Below are positions 13,527 through 28,550 of a stretch of 64,000 nucleotides of DNA, piece after piece (positions within the stretch are counted from its first letter, which is position 1; the number at the start of each line of letters is the position of its first letter). Below the pieces are notes generated by a model. That model had not been told where the DNA came from and did no database searches. It saw nothing but the letters and a program-made list of their open reading frames with translations. Origin of the DNA: the human T2T-CHM13v2.0 reference genome, Homo sapiens; NCBI RefSeq assembly GCF_009914755.1, contig NC_060929.1; one strand, 5' to 3'. The translations under genes and the position numbers were made by a program.

Positions 13527-14411
13527 TGTATTTGTTTTCTATGGCTGCTATAACAAGTTACCACAAATGTAGTGTCTTAAAACAACACAGATTTATTATG
13601 TTATGTTTCCGGAAGGCAGAAGTTCAAAATGAGATTCACTGGGTTAAAAATCAATGTGCCAGTAGGGCTGTGTTCCTTCTAGAGGCTGCAGAGGAGAATT
13701 TGTTTCCTTGCCTTTTCCAGCTCCTAGAAGCCACCCACGCTGTCTTTGGTTCATGATCCCCCTTCTCCATCTTCAAAGCCAGGAATGTCAGGCCGAGTTC
13801 TTCTCATGCTGCCATTTCTCTGGTTCTTTCTTCCAACCCCCACTTGCACTTTTAAGAATATATGTAATGACAGTGGCCCACCTAGAATAACACAGGATAA
13901 TCTTTCCATCTGAGGTAGCTGGTTAGCAACATTAATTCCATCTGAAATTCTAACTCCGCTTTGCCATTGTCTTAGCCATTTCAGGCTGCTATTACAAGAA
14001 ACCTTAGACCTGTAATTTATAAACAATAAGAAATTTATTGTTCATAGTTCTGGAGGCTGGAAAGTCCAAGGTCAAGGCCCCAGCAGCTTCAGTGTCTGCT
14101 GAGGGCTGGTTTCTCATAGATGGCACTTTCGATGTGACCTCATATGATCTCACATGATGGAAGGGGTAAACAGGCCCCTTCAAGCCTCTTTTATAAGGGT
14201 ATTAGTCCCATTCATGAGGGTGGAGTTCTTATTACCTAATCATCTGTCTAATGTCCCCCACCCTCAATACCATCACCTTAGAAGTTAGGTTTCAACATAT
14301 GAATTTTGAAGAGGCACCAGCATTCAGACCATAGCAGCCATGTAACCTAACATGCAGGTCCTTGGGTTAGGACATGGACATCTTTGGGGAGCCATTATTC
14401 TGCCTACCACA
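13527..14411 (-). mobile_element. MLT1D-like MaLR solo LTR, split by a second MaLR LTR
   Basis: TGTATT..ggctgctataacaagttaccacaaa start and ccattattctgcctaccaCA end. Continuity restored if 13968-14341 is removed. Confidence 0.85.
13968..14336 (-). mobile_element. MLT1A-like MaLR solo LTR (nested)
   Basis: TGTCTTAG...cattcagaccatagCA termini. Perfect 5-bp TSD GCCAT at 13963-13967 and 14337-14341. Confidence 0.88.
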
Positions 14412-14609
14412 AGCAGTAAACAATTACCTAGCATTATTTTCACAACATCAGCTGTGATGCTCCCTGGAAAGCAATGTACATCTCATGGGACACCTGACTC
14501 TGGCAACCCTCTTAATCATTAACAATTAGCACAGAAATATGTGCTCATGAGGAGAGGCATCCTCCCTGCCACTGCAACACTTTTGCCATTGAGCTGCCCC
14601 ATGGGAACC

Positions 14610-14637
14610 TCAGCATCATGACATGATGCTGACTCAC
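14610..14637. promoter_or_regulatory. 23-bp interrupted palindrome overlapping an ARE/NF-E2 site
   Basis: TCAGCATCATG-A-CATGATGCTGA (14610-14632). TGCTGACTCAC at 14627-14637. Confidence 0.5.
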
Positions 14638-14789
14638 ATGAGAAGTTGGGGGTATCATGAAAGTCTGAAAACCAGAGAAGAGGATCTTCAGGAAGAGCAA
14701 GAGCTCAGTACCCGTGCCTCCCATTTTCAGAAGCTACCTGGAAACTAGTGACTCTCCCAATAGATAATACCTAAAATCCCACTGTACTC

Positions 14790-15223
14790 ATTAGCGTAAA
14801 GACAAAGCAAATGTAAGAGGTTTTTTCCTAAGATAGAAGTTTAGATCTCTCTGACAAAACAGTGCACCCAATCTCAGCTGATAGGAAAATTCTGATCACG
14901 ATACCACTCATCAGCCCAGACTCATGCCAAGCTGATGTTGCTACATCATCATTGTCCTCATCTGCTTGGTTACAGTGGGGTTGCCTCCAAATCTGTTTCC
15001 ACCCCACAGGAATAATAAACAGAGGAAGTTTATAGTGAACAATTTCTTTTTCAGTAAATGAGGCAGTGGTTGCACAAATCACCTCCCTTTATATTCAAGA
15101 CTTCATCACATGGACACACCCAGCTGTAAGAGAGACAGAGAAACATAGTCTCTAGCTAGGCAGCCATGTGTACTGGAAGAAGAGAAGACAGGATTTAGGT
15201 AACAGCCAACACTGCGTCACACA
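14790..15223 (-). mobile_element. MLT1J-like ancient MaLR LTR
   Basis: tcacatggacacacccagctgtaagagagacagagaaacatagtctctagctaggcagccatgtg is typical of reverse MLT1J. Confidence 0.55.
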
Positions 15224-15589
15224 CCATTCCTAAGATTTAGCAAAATTACCTGAAGTACTAAGTTTCTTATTACTATACATATTGAGTTGCCCAGGGTTTG
15301 TTATTTTGCTTGTAGTGGTCTGCACTGTCATTCCTACAGATATCCAAACACCAGCCTACCTGTGTCTTCCTAACACTCCATAATTAGTCACCTTCCTGAC
15401 TCGGAAATTGCTCCAGCCTGCCTGGACTTTTTCTCCTATCCAATAAAAGCAAACATTCTCTGAAGTTCAATCCTTGCACAACTTCTCTTCCTACCTGTTC
15501 TGTCTCTGAGATCTCATCCATTCTCATTGATTCTTTTATCACCTACTTGAGGGTGAGGTTATTTTTATACCTAAAGAGACCAAGTGAGT

Positions 15590-15700
15590 GCCTTTAATCT
15601 TCACAACATCCTAAGAGATAAGTAATATTCTCATTTTCCAGTTGGGTCCACTGAGGCTCACAGATGAAGTTGACTACCAAGGACACGTAGGTCCTAAATA
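15590..15700 (-). mobile_element. MIR
   Basis: tttaatcttcacaacatcct..ctcattttccag..actgaggctcacaga MIR core. Confidence 0.6.
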
Positions 15701-15899
15701 TCTATAAAATAAAATGATGGAGTTTAAAACATGTCTCTCTACCTTTAGTTTACTAGAGATGATGAAGGTACTCTGGAGAAAAATATACCTCAGAAAACAG
15801 GCCAAAAGGAAAAAGATTCTGAGGAAGAACAAATTGATACCAAGTGACTGGCAAATAGGGAAAAAAAAAAAGAGAGAGAGAGATGAAAGAATGTCTGCA

Positions 15900-16197
15900 G
15901 CCGGGCGTTGTGGCCCATGCCTGTAATCCCAGCACTTTAGAAGGCCAAGGCAGGTGGATCACTTGAGGTCAGGAGTTGAGACCAGCCTGGCCAACATGGT
16001 GAGACCCCATCTCTACTAAAAATACAAAAATTAGCCAGGCGTTGGTGGCACGTGCCTGTAATCCCAGCTACTCAGGAGGCTGAGGCAGGAGAATCACTTG
16101 AATCTGGGAGGCAGAGGTTGCAGTGAGCCGAGATCACACCACGGCCCTCCAGCCTGGGTGACAGAGCGAGACTCTGTCTCGAAAAAAGAAAGAAAGA
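15900..16197 (+). mobile_element. AluS (Sx/Sz-like), full length
   Basis: Dimeric Alu with GAAA-patterned tail. TSD AATGTCTGCA at 15890-15899 and 16198-16207. Confidence 0.95.
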
Positions 16198-16557
16198 AAT
16201 GTCTGCAAGTATGATATTTTCCACTAGATGATGATTCCAGGCCTTCTGAAGAGGAAATAGCATGTACGGCAGGACACTCTCTTGCTACATGTAGGTGAGA
16301 AGCTGCCAGCACTGCTGGACCCCATCTAAGTGTGTTAAATCTTTAAGAAGCAGACAATGCAGTCAAAGGAAACAGAGAATGCAGGTATGCCTGATGATGC
16401 CAGCATCCTTGGTGGACACCTGAAGGGACTAGGAGGAAATGGCAGTTTCCCATTCAGAACTTCCCAGTCAGAACTCATGCTATGGAAGAAAAGGGGTCTA
16501 GCAGAAGCGAACAATGGCCTCCAGCAACTCACTAAACCACACTGGCCTTAGGTTCTT

Positions 16558-17817
<1,260 letters not shown>

Positions 17818-18619
17818 TGAGGCCAAACATGTACCTAGGCTTTGAAGTCCATTGCGCTCTGGGAGTCTGTAGATCTTCAGTCCAAAACGAGTAGGACGTT
17901 TGTCTGAACCCTGGTGTATGATGATTCATGATAAGGGACAAAAATCAGACTCAAAAAGGTTAAGATGCTGATCAAGAGAACAATAGCTGACATGTTGAAG
18001 TAGGGGCAGGGCATGAGGGGAAATAAGGGAATACCTAAATCCAACCACAGCCCAGTAAACTGGTGTGACCTTGAATATCAGAGGGATCATGCACGAAAAA
18101 CATAAAAGGAAGAGCAAAACGAGCTGAAGAACAGAACATTGTTTTAAGAATATTGTCAAGATGAATAAATCCAATGCTCTTTAGTATCCTAAAATAGACT
18201 AAATGCAACTAAAGAAAACCACATGGAGGCTGACCCACCTGAGTGCAAGTATCAGCATTGGCTGGAATCTTCTCACTACCATAGATCACCCTCCCACCAT
18301 CAGAGCATCTAGGGTATCAAGCACAGCCTCGTACCACTGAATAATGTGCATTTGCCTGCTATTCATCCTTTATTGGGAACCAGCCCCAGAGCTGAGATAC
18401 TTCTTCCCCAATTTGAGTCCCAGCTCTCCTAGTTTCCTCTCCTTCTCCATCACGCTCACATTACATGATGTGAAAACAAGAAGGAAATTTCCTACAGTAA
18501 AAGTTACCCAGAAAATGAAATTTTCTCCCTCGTAGGGCAGCCAGCTCCCATATCATTGGAGATGCCCACGGAGGACACTGAGTGGAAGAATGGGCTCCCT
18601 GTGACAACACAGTGGTGGA

Positions 18620-18800
18620 TACCACTTACTGAGCACAGTCTTCTTGTGTATCACTTAATACACATCAACACTACCTCTCCAAAGCTAGTGCTATTATCTC
18701 CATTTTACAGATAAAATCAAAACTAAAAAAGGTTACTAGCTTTACCCAGCAAGGAAAGTTATCTAGCTTAACAACATGCCCCTGAGAGCCTAGCTCCCAA
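18620..18800 (-). mobile_element. MIR
   Basis: cacttactgagcac...gtgctattatctccattttacagat MIR core. Confidence 0.55.
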
Positions 18801-19497
18801 GCCACACAGCTCCTTGCACCCTCACACAAATACACACAACAGCCTATGGGAGCCCAGGAGAGGCTCTCCCCAAGCTGGCATCATTCCAAGGCTCAAGAAT
18901 GAGTGCCAATGGTTGTTTAAACGACAAGATTATTTTCAATGGAGATGTTACCACAAGAAAGCAAAACTCCTATCTAAGGGCTTGCATTTTCACCTTCTGC
19001 ATGCCCATGGACACCAAAATAAAGCAAACGAGACTTTGTTTTTAACATTTATTTAAGGTCTGCCTGTGCCAGATATTTCATGCACATTTTTCTCATTACT
19101 GGTTGATAACCCCATGAAGCAATCGGGGCTGAAAGCAGAAGCCACTGCTGAAAATTACCCAGAACACCCCGAGGCTCCATGCCTGCCTCCCTGGCCCCAA
19201 TGCACATGGTGTTTCCACCACTCTGTGCTGCCCGGGAACTACATACGAACCCTTGCAGAATTTGTTTTTCAGGAATTTGGAAAATATCAAGGTTGAATCT
19301 GCCTCTTTTCTGAGCTCTTTATTTCCCCATCTAAACATTTCCTCTACAGCATCTTTCCTTTCACTGGCCAAAATATGGTCTTGAAATTTATTCTATCGCT
19401 AGTCATATGTATTGAGTAAAGTGCTGCATCCAGTTATAAAGGAGAGCCCTTAATTTTAAAAGCAGACAATAGAGTATTTTATCCTTCTCTTATTTTC

Positions 19498-19807
<310 letters not shown>

Positions 19808-20328
19808 CCTTCTCTTATTTTCAAAGAGCAAAATTTAAATTCTTTTTTTTTTTTTTTTGGCTTTCCTTTAAAAGTGTTGGATATTTGTTTCCCCACCGCA
19901 GCCCCCTGGATTGAAGGAGTTACTCTTTGAAGGCAACAAGCCTGTAGGCTGAGTTAATGATTAGACCCACATCCTTGCCCAAAAGGAAACTAAATCAGAA
20001 CAAGATCAACCAGAGAAGGCTGAAGAAAATTAATAGGTGGCCAAAAACCTTATAAAAAGAAAACATGGGAAGTTTGCTGCAGAAAGGCAGCCTCTGGCAG
20101 CCACTGTCAGAGTGGGAAGAAACACAAAATATCCTGTCCCTCCCCTTTCTTTGTCGAAGTGCTCATTTGTCCTTTCTCCGCTATTTCATAAGCATTTACA
20201 TCAATTTTCACAGGCTTTCAGCTCCAATTTAGATGGTAGTTCCTCAACAACAGAATGAAGATCTCCAATGTCTTCTTCATCCTTCCACAGCACTCTGTAC
20301 ACAAGGTGGTTTTCAATAAATATTTTCA

Positions 20329-20506
20329 GGCCAGGCACGGTGGTGATGCACACCTGTAGTCCCAGCTACTTAGGCTGATGCAGGAGGAAACTTGAGCCCA
20401 GGAGTTCCAGGCTTCAGTGAGCGATGATCACACCACTGCACTCCAGCTAGGGTGGCAGACTGAGACCCTGAATCTAAAAATAAAAATTAAAAAATAAAAA
20501 ATAGAG
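20329..20506 (+). mobile_element. FRAM/FAM (free right Alu monomer)
   Basis: Single right-arm-like monomer with A-rich tail. Perfect 15-bp TSD TCAATAAATATTTTC (20313-20327, 20507-20521). Inserted into an L2 3' tail. Confidence 0.88.
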
Positions 20507-21144
20507 TCAATAAATATTTTCGAACTCAGATATAAGAAGTATGAGTAAAAATCCTTGGATGAAATATGCAATTTTTTTCTTTCTTCTAAAGTCCAGACAG
20601 AAAATAACTGTCTGTTGGTTTCAATTCTGAGCTGAGCTCAGCTGAGGATGCTGACTGCATGGCCCCACTGCGTAGGAGGCACTCCAGACCTGGGTGTCCC
20701 TCTCAGGTGCTTAAGACCTAGCTCCCACCACCTCCCCTACAAAGAGGCCAACAACAGTGCATGTCCTTTTAAGCCTAGAGTGCGTTTTCTCAAAGCTGCA
20801 TATCTTGTCAAAATTGTTTGCCCACATCACTGCAATCTGTGTGCAGGGAAGCCTGAAACAAGTCCGTGTTGGGAAAGCAACAGAAAGTACAAGAGGTTCT
20901 GAAATTCATAAGCCTGGGAAAGCAGTGATTCAGAGAGAAACTGCTCTTCTCGGTTCTTCCAAATTGAAAAGCACTCGAGGCAAAAGAGCAGCTGCTGCCT
21001 CTCTGGGCTGGTTGGTATTGACCTTACTTGACCTTTTACCTGCTGTTTGATTTGGGCCTCCAGCTAGACCAGGAAAGTACAGCTCCCCGTTCCTGGCACC
21101 CCCATGACCAAGTTTGCCTTACACATCTCTCCTCCTTTCCGCAG

Positions 21145-21191
21145 GAGTACACCCGGGAAGCCACATGGCAGAGAGACAGCCAGGAAGTCAG
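21145..21191 (+). other. Candidate 47-nt exon
   Basis: Strong acceptor catctctcctcctttccgcAG and donor CAG|GTGAGA. Motif-based only. Confidence 0.3.
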
Positions 21192-23029
21192 GTGAGAGGA
21201 GTTGCTTTACCAAAGAGTTAACCCCAAAGCAGTTATCCCAGCCCTACTTCCTTTCCCATTCCACTAATCTGCTCGCTTCTCATCCTTTACATTTTATAGT
21301 CTTCAGTTCCAATTACAGGTGATTAATAATTAAGTGATTGTTAATTCTTTTCTACCTTCTGGAAGTCATGATAATTTGAACAATGATGATACAGTCATAG
21401 CCTGAAAGAGAAGGAGGGAAGAATATCACAGAGTTTTCTTTCCTGTGTAAAAGTGATAGTATCTGCAAATGAAATGGGTGTTTATTCATGGTCTTAAGTC
21501 TATAAACATTTTATTTTATTTCAAATTGCTTTTTCTTCCTTATTTCTCAGGTTCCCTCCATATTCTCAAACCACTGGGAGGAGAAAAAAATCAACATTGC
21601 CATTGAGGGGTTGTGAGCTTCCTTAACTCCAGCTATTCAACTTACATATTTACTTGTCAGTAAATTCAAATTCAAATAAGCCTATAGTTACTGGGTAGAA
21701 GAAAGTGTGCCCCATCACTCAAAGTACTCATGATGTGTGAAACATTTTAAAGACCAATTGAGCTAATATATGTTTTCACTTTGACCCAGAGTAAGTTGAG
21801 CCAGTCATTAATGGATGACATGCGGTTAAAGCCAACCCAAAAGATCTGAGTCAAAGAATGTTCTTCTTTGACGTTGCTCTTGACTTCTCAGAGTTTGTAT
21901 AACTAAATCCTTCATGAAAAACAGTGACTCTGCATGATGTGTATGTATGTACAGCCACGTGAAGAGTGCCAAGAATATTCCTATTTTAAAACAATTCTAA
22001 GAACTGGCAAGTAGAGAAACCTTCACTAACCATCTCCACCCCACACCAATTACTCTCTTTGTATTCCTTCAAAGTCATTTGAACTACATTATCCTATTTG
22101 TATTGGCTGCTCCATTTTCCCTAACATAAGTTTTATATATACAGCTGGATTTTAAGCCCCTTAAAGAGGAGCCCTTTCTTTACGGTAGACACTCAACAGA
22201 CACTTGGGAATATACAAGTGAACAAATGCCTAATTCAGACAAAGTCCCATTTATAAGGACTAATGAAGCTTTCTTTCTCCTACCTACCTCCTTCCCTCCT
22301 ACCAACAATGTTCTTTGGAATTCCAAGGTTCTGCAAGCCTGGGAGAATGTGTTTGTGCAGACATCCAAGTTCACTCCATAGCAGGGATCTAGGCAAGGAT
22401 CAGGTAAACCTGAAGGGCACCCTCCTTCACCCTTCTTCTTGGCATGTGTTGACTAATTAGTGGTCAGTAACAAATGAATGCCTAGCTTGGATCCCTTTTG
22501 TAAATACTGTTACCACTGTGTAAAGCTTGCAGCACTTCGGAACTGACAAATGGATGATGATGTTTGTGAGCAAATAGATATTGTACTATTAATGATATAA
22601 CTTGGAAACAAATATTTTCTATTAGTTCTCTTAAGCTCCCCAGTCAGTTTCATTGAAGAGTATTCTGAGATTGCAAAACAAACCACTTCTGTGTAAACCA
22701 ATATTTTCTTGATACAGTATGGAGCAAGCAAAATAAAAAGGCAGAAATAAATTGGATTTTGCTATACGGCTGCCACTGTCACTCAGAGTCCTGGCTTTCA
22801 GATTTTTGATTTGTCACATAACAGCTTTATTGTTATCATTGACTAGCTGTAAAATAAGGAAAACATTAATTTAAATATTTTTAGCTGTATATTCAAGTTT
22901 TGTCGAAGATTTTATTTTTTTAACATCACTTTTTTAAAAAAAAATTAAACTGCTAGAATAAACCATCAATAGTGAAGGCAACGAGATCTCTCTCAGGAAC
23001 TCACAGTGTTTTTAAGCAATCCACACATT

Positions 23030-23160
23030 TCATTTATTTATAGTCATTCAACAAATATTTTCCAGCACCTAAACAATGCCTGATGCAGCTCTAAATGCTG
23101 GGAAAATAACTGTGAATACGAGAATCAAATTCCTGACTGTGTTCTAGAGAACTGATACAG
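23030..23160 (-). mobile_element. L2 3' end fragment
   Basis: tcattcaacaaatatttt..agcaccta..atgcc..ctctaaatgctggga is the reverse L2 terminus. Confidence 0.65.
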
Positions 23161-23183
23161 GTTATACAGTATTTGCTTTCTAA

Positions 23184-23490
<307 letters not shown>

Positions 23491-23654
23491 TTGCTTTATA
23501 ACTTCTTAAAATAACTGTGGTGAGGATGTTTTGTCCTATATTTCAGCGTGCCAGGGAATACTGAGAAAATGAACTTTGTGAGCTGAAATATTACACAAAT
23601 TAATTTACTCATTCATAAAAGACCACATGAATTATAATATGACTCATGCAGATG

Positions 23655-24145
<491 letters not shown>

Positions 24146-24639
24146 TTATTGCAGGAGCCACAAGTAACTATATCTCAATCCAGATAAATCTAGAACAATG
24201 GCTTTTTTCCTTATTCTGTCCATTGCTATTGGCTGGATGAATCACATGATGGCAAAATTCTGGAATCTGATGTTCTCTGACTGGGCAAGGGAGAATGGCA
24301 TTGCCCGACCGGTGCTGCAGACCATGAAAGAAAGCTGGCATTTTTTCATTCTTCTCTGAAGTGCAGAATGCACAGAGGCCTAATCATTCGATTCAATTCA
24401 GTCACCCAGCAAATATAACATTAATATAACACTGATATAATATAACATTAATAACTCTTAAATACGAAACTGAGCCTGGATTCTGTTGTCAAGAAACTTA
24501 CATGTAGTAGCATAGTTTACAGAGTCTGCTGAGATGTTAGTCATGAACCTACATAATAAAAACCAGACAGAAAGGTCAGGGGCCAGCCCAGTGCCATGAG
24601 GAAACAGGATAGAAGACCAGTCTCTAGCAAGGACTCTGG

Positions 24640-25375
24640 ACCAGAACCCTGGGTTTTGAGCTGTGTGCAGGGCGAGTTGTTTAACGTGTTAGAGCCTGAT
24701 ACCTCATGTGAAAAATCCAGATGACAAAACAATGCTTTTCTTTTTCGTGTGTTTGTTTGTTTGTTTGTTTGTTTATTATACTTTAAGTTCTAAGGTACAT
24801 GTGCACAACGTGCAGGTTTGTTACATATGTATACATGTGCCATGTTGGTGTGCTGCACCCATTAACTCATCTTTTACATTAGGTATATCTCCTAATGCTA
24901 TCCCTCCCCCTTCTCCTGACCCCACAGCAGGCCCTTGTGTGTGATGTTCCCCACCCTGTGTCCAAGTGTTCTCATTGTTCAGTTCCCACCTAGAGTGAGA
25001 ACATGCAGTGTTTGGTTTTCTGTCCTTTCTATAGTTTGCTGAGAATGATGGTTTCCAGCTTCATGCATGTCCCTACAAAGGACATGAACTCATCCTTTTT
25101 TATGGCTGCATAGTATTCCATGGTGTATATGTGCCACATTTTCTTAATCCAGTCTATCACTGATGGACATTTGGGTTGGTTCCAAGTCTCTGCTATTGTG
25201 AATAGTGCTGCAATAAACATACGTGTGTATGATGTGTCTTTATAGCAGCATGATTTATAATCCTTTGGGCATATACCCAATAATGGGATGGCTTTTCTCA
25301 TAAGGCTGTGTGAGAGTTAAATGAATGAGAACAGACACCGTGCCTGGCACAAAGCCCTCATGAAATGGTGGCTGT
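24640..25375 (+). mobile_element. MIR split by an L1PA insertion
   Basis: Left half agctgtgtgcagggcgagttgtttaac..cctcatgtgaaaaat; right half tcataaggctgtgtgagagttaaatga..gtgcctggcaca. Confidence 0.65.
24742..25290 (-). mobile_element. 5'-truncated L1PA (L1PA3-5-like) 3' end
   Basis: ttattatactttaagttct..gtacatgtgcacaacgtgcagg 3'UTR. Tail decayed to (TTTG)n. TSD GCTTTTCT at 24734-24741 and 25291-25298. Confidence 0.93.
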
Positions 25376-25899
25376 GAGTCCTGGGATGCATCAGGCAGCT
25401 GCCTGGGCACTCTAGACTCAGGGTGTTGGCCCCGAGGAAGCCACTGTTTCCTCATTCCTGTCCACGTGACTTTCCCCAAACAAACATTGAGAAGCACACT
25501 AAATGGTGGGAGGGACAGTAAAAATATTTACTAATGGTCCCAAGCACTAGGTTCACACTAAAAGGTTGACATTTTATTTCTTTTCCTCAGTCACCAGTAC
25601 CAGTGTATCAATTAAAGGGAGAAACTAGCTCCAGCTACTGGACTGTCTCAGGGCCCATGTGGTCTTTGTCTGTTTTACAAATTCCCCCAAATTCTTTTTG
25701 AAAATGGATGAGACTATAATTCATTTTTAATGTGAAGAAGAATTGAGAGAAATGCTGAAGTCTCTTAGGTGACATAAAAATTGAAAATGTTCCATAAAAA
25801 GGATCCACTTAAATGTCTGACTTGTAAAAGTAAATGTCGTTTTAAAATTTTTCATTTGTCACACTCCATAAGGTGTCTGTCTCCTGCCTGCCATGCTGC

Positions 25900-27080
25900 T
25901 GCAGGTCCCTCCCTGTGATGGCTGCAGTGCGGGGAGACCGTGGCTAATGGTGCTTCGGACGGTGTGCTGCTGCCTGTGGACAAATCTGCCTCACCCCTCA
26001 ACTCCACTTCCAGTTCCCCAAACTGGCTACTCCAAGAAGTTTCCGTCCACCTGCTGCACATTGTAGCTACCAAGAGAGGGACGTGGCCAAGGTCACGCGG
26101 TCAGGTAGAAGCAGAGCGAGCACCAGACTCCTTTCTCCTGAGGACTCCTAGTCCGGTGCTCACTCCACTCAACCAGGCTTGCATCAAGATGCACCAGAGA
26201 CAATGCCCCGGCGCTGACTTTTAGCACATAAGTCTTAGGTCAAAATCCTGAAAAACTTCTCAGAGATGGAAATCTTTTGGCCCCAGAACCTCTAAGAGTT
26301 CTGTGCAAGTATCCTTCACTCTGCAACTCCAACAGGACTCAGCCACAGACTCCTGAATTAGTGCCAAGCCCGCATGGCCAGAATACCTGTGGGAGCCAGC
26401 CCTGCCCTGGTGACAACAGCCGACTTCTTGCTCCTTCAGGCCGACCAGCTCTCTTGGAATTTCAGGAACCACCAACCCCAGGAGCGCGTGAACAGGCTGC
26501 TGGCACGGCGCACCGTCCGCTGCTCCGAGGTTCATGTCCCACGCTGAGTTGTGTTCACTCAAGTGCTGCCAAAGTTCTTCAAAGTATTTGCATGAAACTC
26601 TTCGTAAAACAAACCTGAAAATCCATTACCAGCAGTCACCAAATGCTGGCGCCTTGACGAATGGCCAAACTGCCAGCATCCGGGAAATGCCCTGTGCTGA
26701 CAAGTGACTTGCAAAGGAGCCATTTATTTAGATGAGGCATGCACCCACCACGGCAGAGACACGTAGGGAAGTGCGAGGATCGATGAGGCTGCTAATTAAA
26801 GCAGAGGATCAATCCCCTGTGTTTAGAATGCGTTTGGAAATCCAGCGCTGTCGGCTCACTCAAGCTCTCTGAATCCATTATTATAAAAAGGGTTCAAGGC
26901 TGCTGTAGACATCAGCTGACTAGGCCCCCTGCACCCCTGCTGGGAGCTGCACAGGGGACAGGCATTTGCTGAGGCATTGGCCAGAAAGGTTCTCGTGGCC
27001 CCACAGCTCATCCGCCCTGGCACTGAGGCGGTGACACCGCCCACCCTGAAACCCAAGAGGGGAACAGTTCGCCAAGTATC
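25900..27080. promoter_or_regulatory. Non-repetitive CpG-retaining, GC-elevated segment (weak CpG island/enhancer candidate)
   Basis: About 39 CpGs in ~1.15 kb by manual count, versus sparse CpGs in flanks. TAATTA and TATAAAAAG (26882-26890) motifs. Confidence 0.45.
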
Positions 27081-28239
27081 AGAATGCATTTATAAAAAAT
27101 GAACTCTCCTGACAAAAATGCAGATGGAGATTTTAAAGCCATCACCTGAACAGATTAGGATGAAAAGTCACCTTAATAACAAAAATCTTTGGCAATTTGG
27201 GCTAAAATTCTGCAGAAACTCTGAAGGGGATTTTTTTAAAGATTTTTAATCATTTTTAATGAAAGCCACATCCCCCGCCCCTCACATTCACCTCTCCAGA
27301 AGACAGCCAAAGTAATGCCCTTAGCACATTTTAATATCATTTCGTATTTCTCCTTTCATTTACACTTTTAGTTTCAATGTTTTTATTGAAACAAAGAGTA
27401 GTCAGAAAACCTTTTGTTTCCAGGTTAATTCACAAACAAACTTTTGAACAACAGGGTTACAAATATAAAATATGCAGTATAGGTTTATATAAAATATATT
27501 TATATTAGTTGTTTAAATTGTGTGTATATATATATAAAACTATATATATAGGAATATATATATGTATTCCAATGTCTTTATAATATGAAGACACATATGT
27601 TTTCTATCACCTCTGAAGAAAAGTTAGGAAAGTCCAGAGGAATGAGATATATTCCCACCCTTTAATCTTCATATTAGTAGATGGGTTTGGGTAGTTAAGA
27701 GTTTGTAGAACATAAACCTACGCTCCCCACCTGCTCCTGCAGGCGAAAGTGTACTTAGCTCTCAGGCACAGTCTTGCCTTTATGGTAAAAAGGGTGTTTT
27801 ATACCGTGTTGATGACTAATATTTCAAGTACATTTTGCAGACTCATTTTCCCAGCATTCTGTTGTTTCAGCTGTACCATTCATGCCACAATATTTTTATA
27901 GGCTCTGAGGCTGAAAAACATTCTCATCCAGGCAGGATGTATGAACCTCTTAGCTTTCTGATCTAAAAGCAGCATTTCAGGTTATCCTCCTGCAAAAGAA
28001 AACCACAGTCCTTATGCTGGCAGGTGAATGGGAGAGTGGAGATTTGAACAAGGATATGAAATATAGGTAATACTTCCATAGCACCTTATGGTGCAGCATA
28101 TGTGCAACAGCTGCCTTTCTGCTCTGCTGAGATTCAATCAGTTTTTCCTACCTGGGGGTGGGGCACGGGGAGGCTTCCAGGAGAATCACAGGTAATACAC
28201 AAGGAGCCCACATCCCTGTAAGGTGGCCATATTGCACAT

Positions 28240-28550
28240 TAAGCATGGTGGACAAAAAGAGCAGGAGGTCTGGAATTAGCGACTTGAACTTGAACCCCAG
28301 TTCTGCTACCTACTACCGGTGCAGCCTAAGGCAGGTTACTTACATTCAAGTAGCTATAGCTTTCCAAAGTTACAGAATGGAGATAATGGCAGTTTTGAAT
28401 CCTGGCTTTACCTGTTACATAATCTTGGACAAGTTTCTTAGCCTCTCCATATTTCAATATCCTATCCTGTAACATAGAAGTCTTCACAGTTCTTATCTTA
28501 TAGGTGAGGAAAATGGTTAAGAAAGGTAAAGCTCTTAGTGCCGGCATGTT
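28240..28550 (+). mobile_element. Two adjacent MIR fragments
   Basis: ttgaaccccagttctgctacctacta.. and ttgaatcctggcttta..cttggacaagtttcttagcctctc MIR cores. Confidence 0.6.

Noticed and set aside
20630-20643. Palindrome AGCTGAGCTCAGCT
   Set aside because: 7-bp arms, low complexity, within chance expectation.
25852-26618. Overlapping ORFs in the CpG-rich block as a coding exon or retrogene
   Set aside because: No recognisable protein, no poly(A) or TSD; ORF lengths fit the higher GC content.
27027-27041. Palindrome GGCGGTG-A-CACCGCC
   Set aside because: 7-bp arms are expected several times by chance in 64 kb.
27475-27590. TA-rich tract as a special structure
   Set aside because: Ordinary low-complexity AT sequence.
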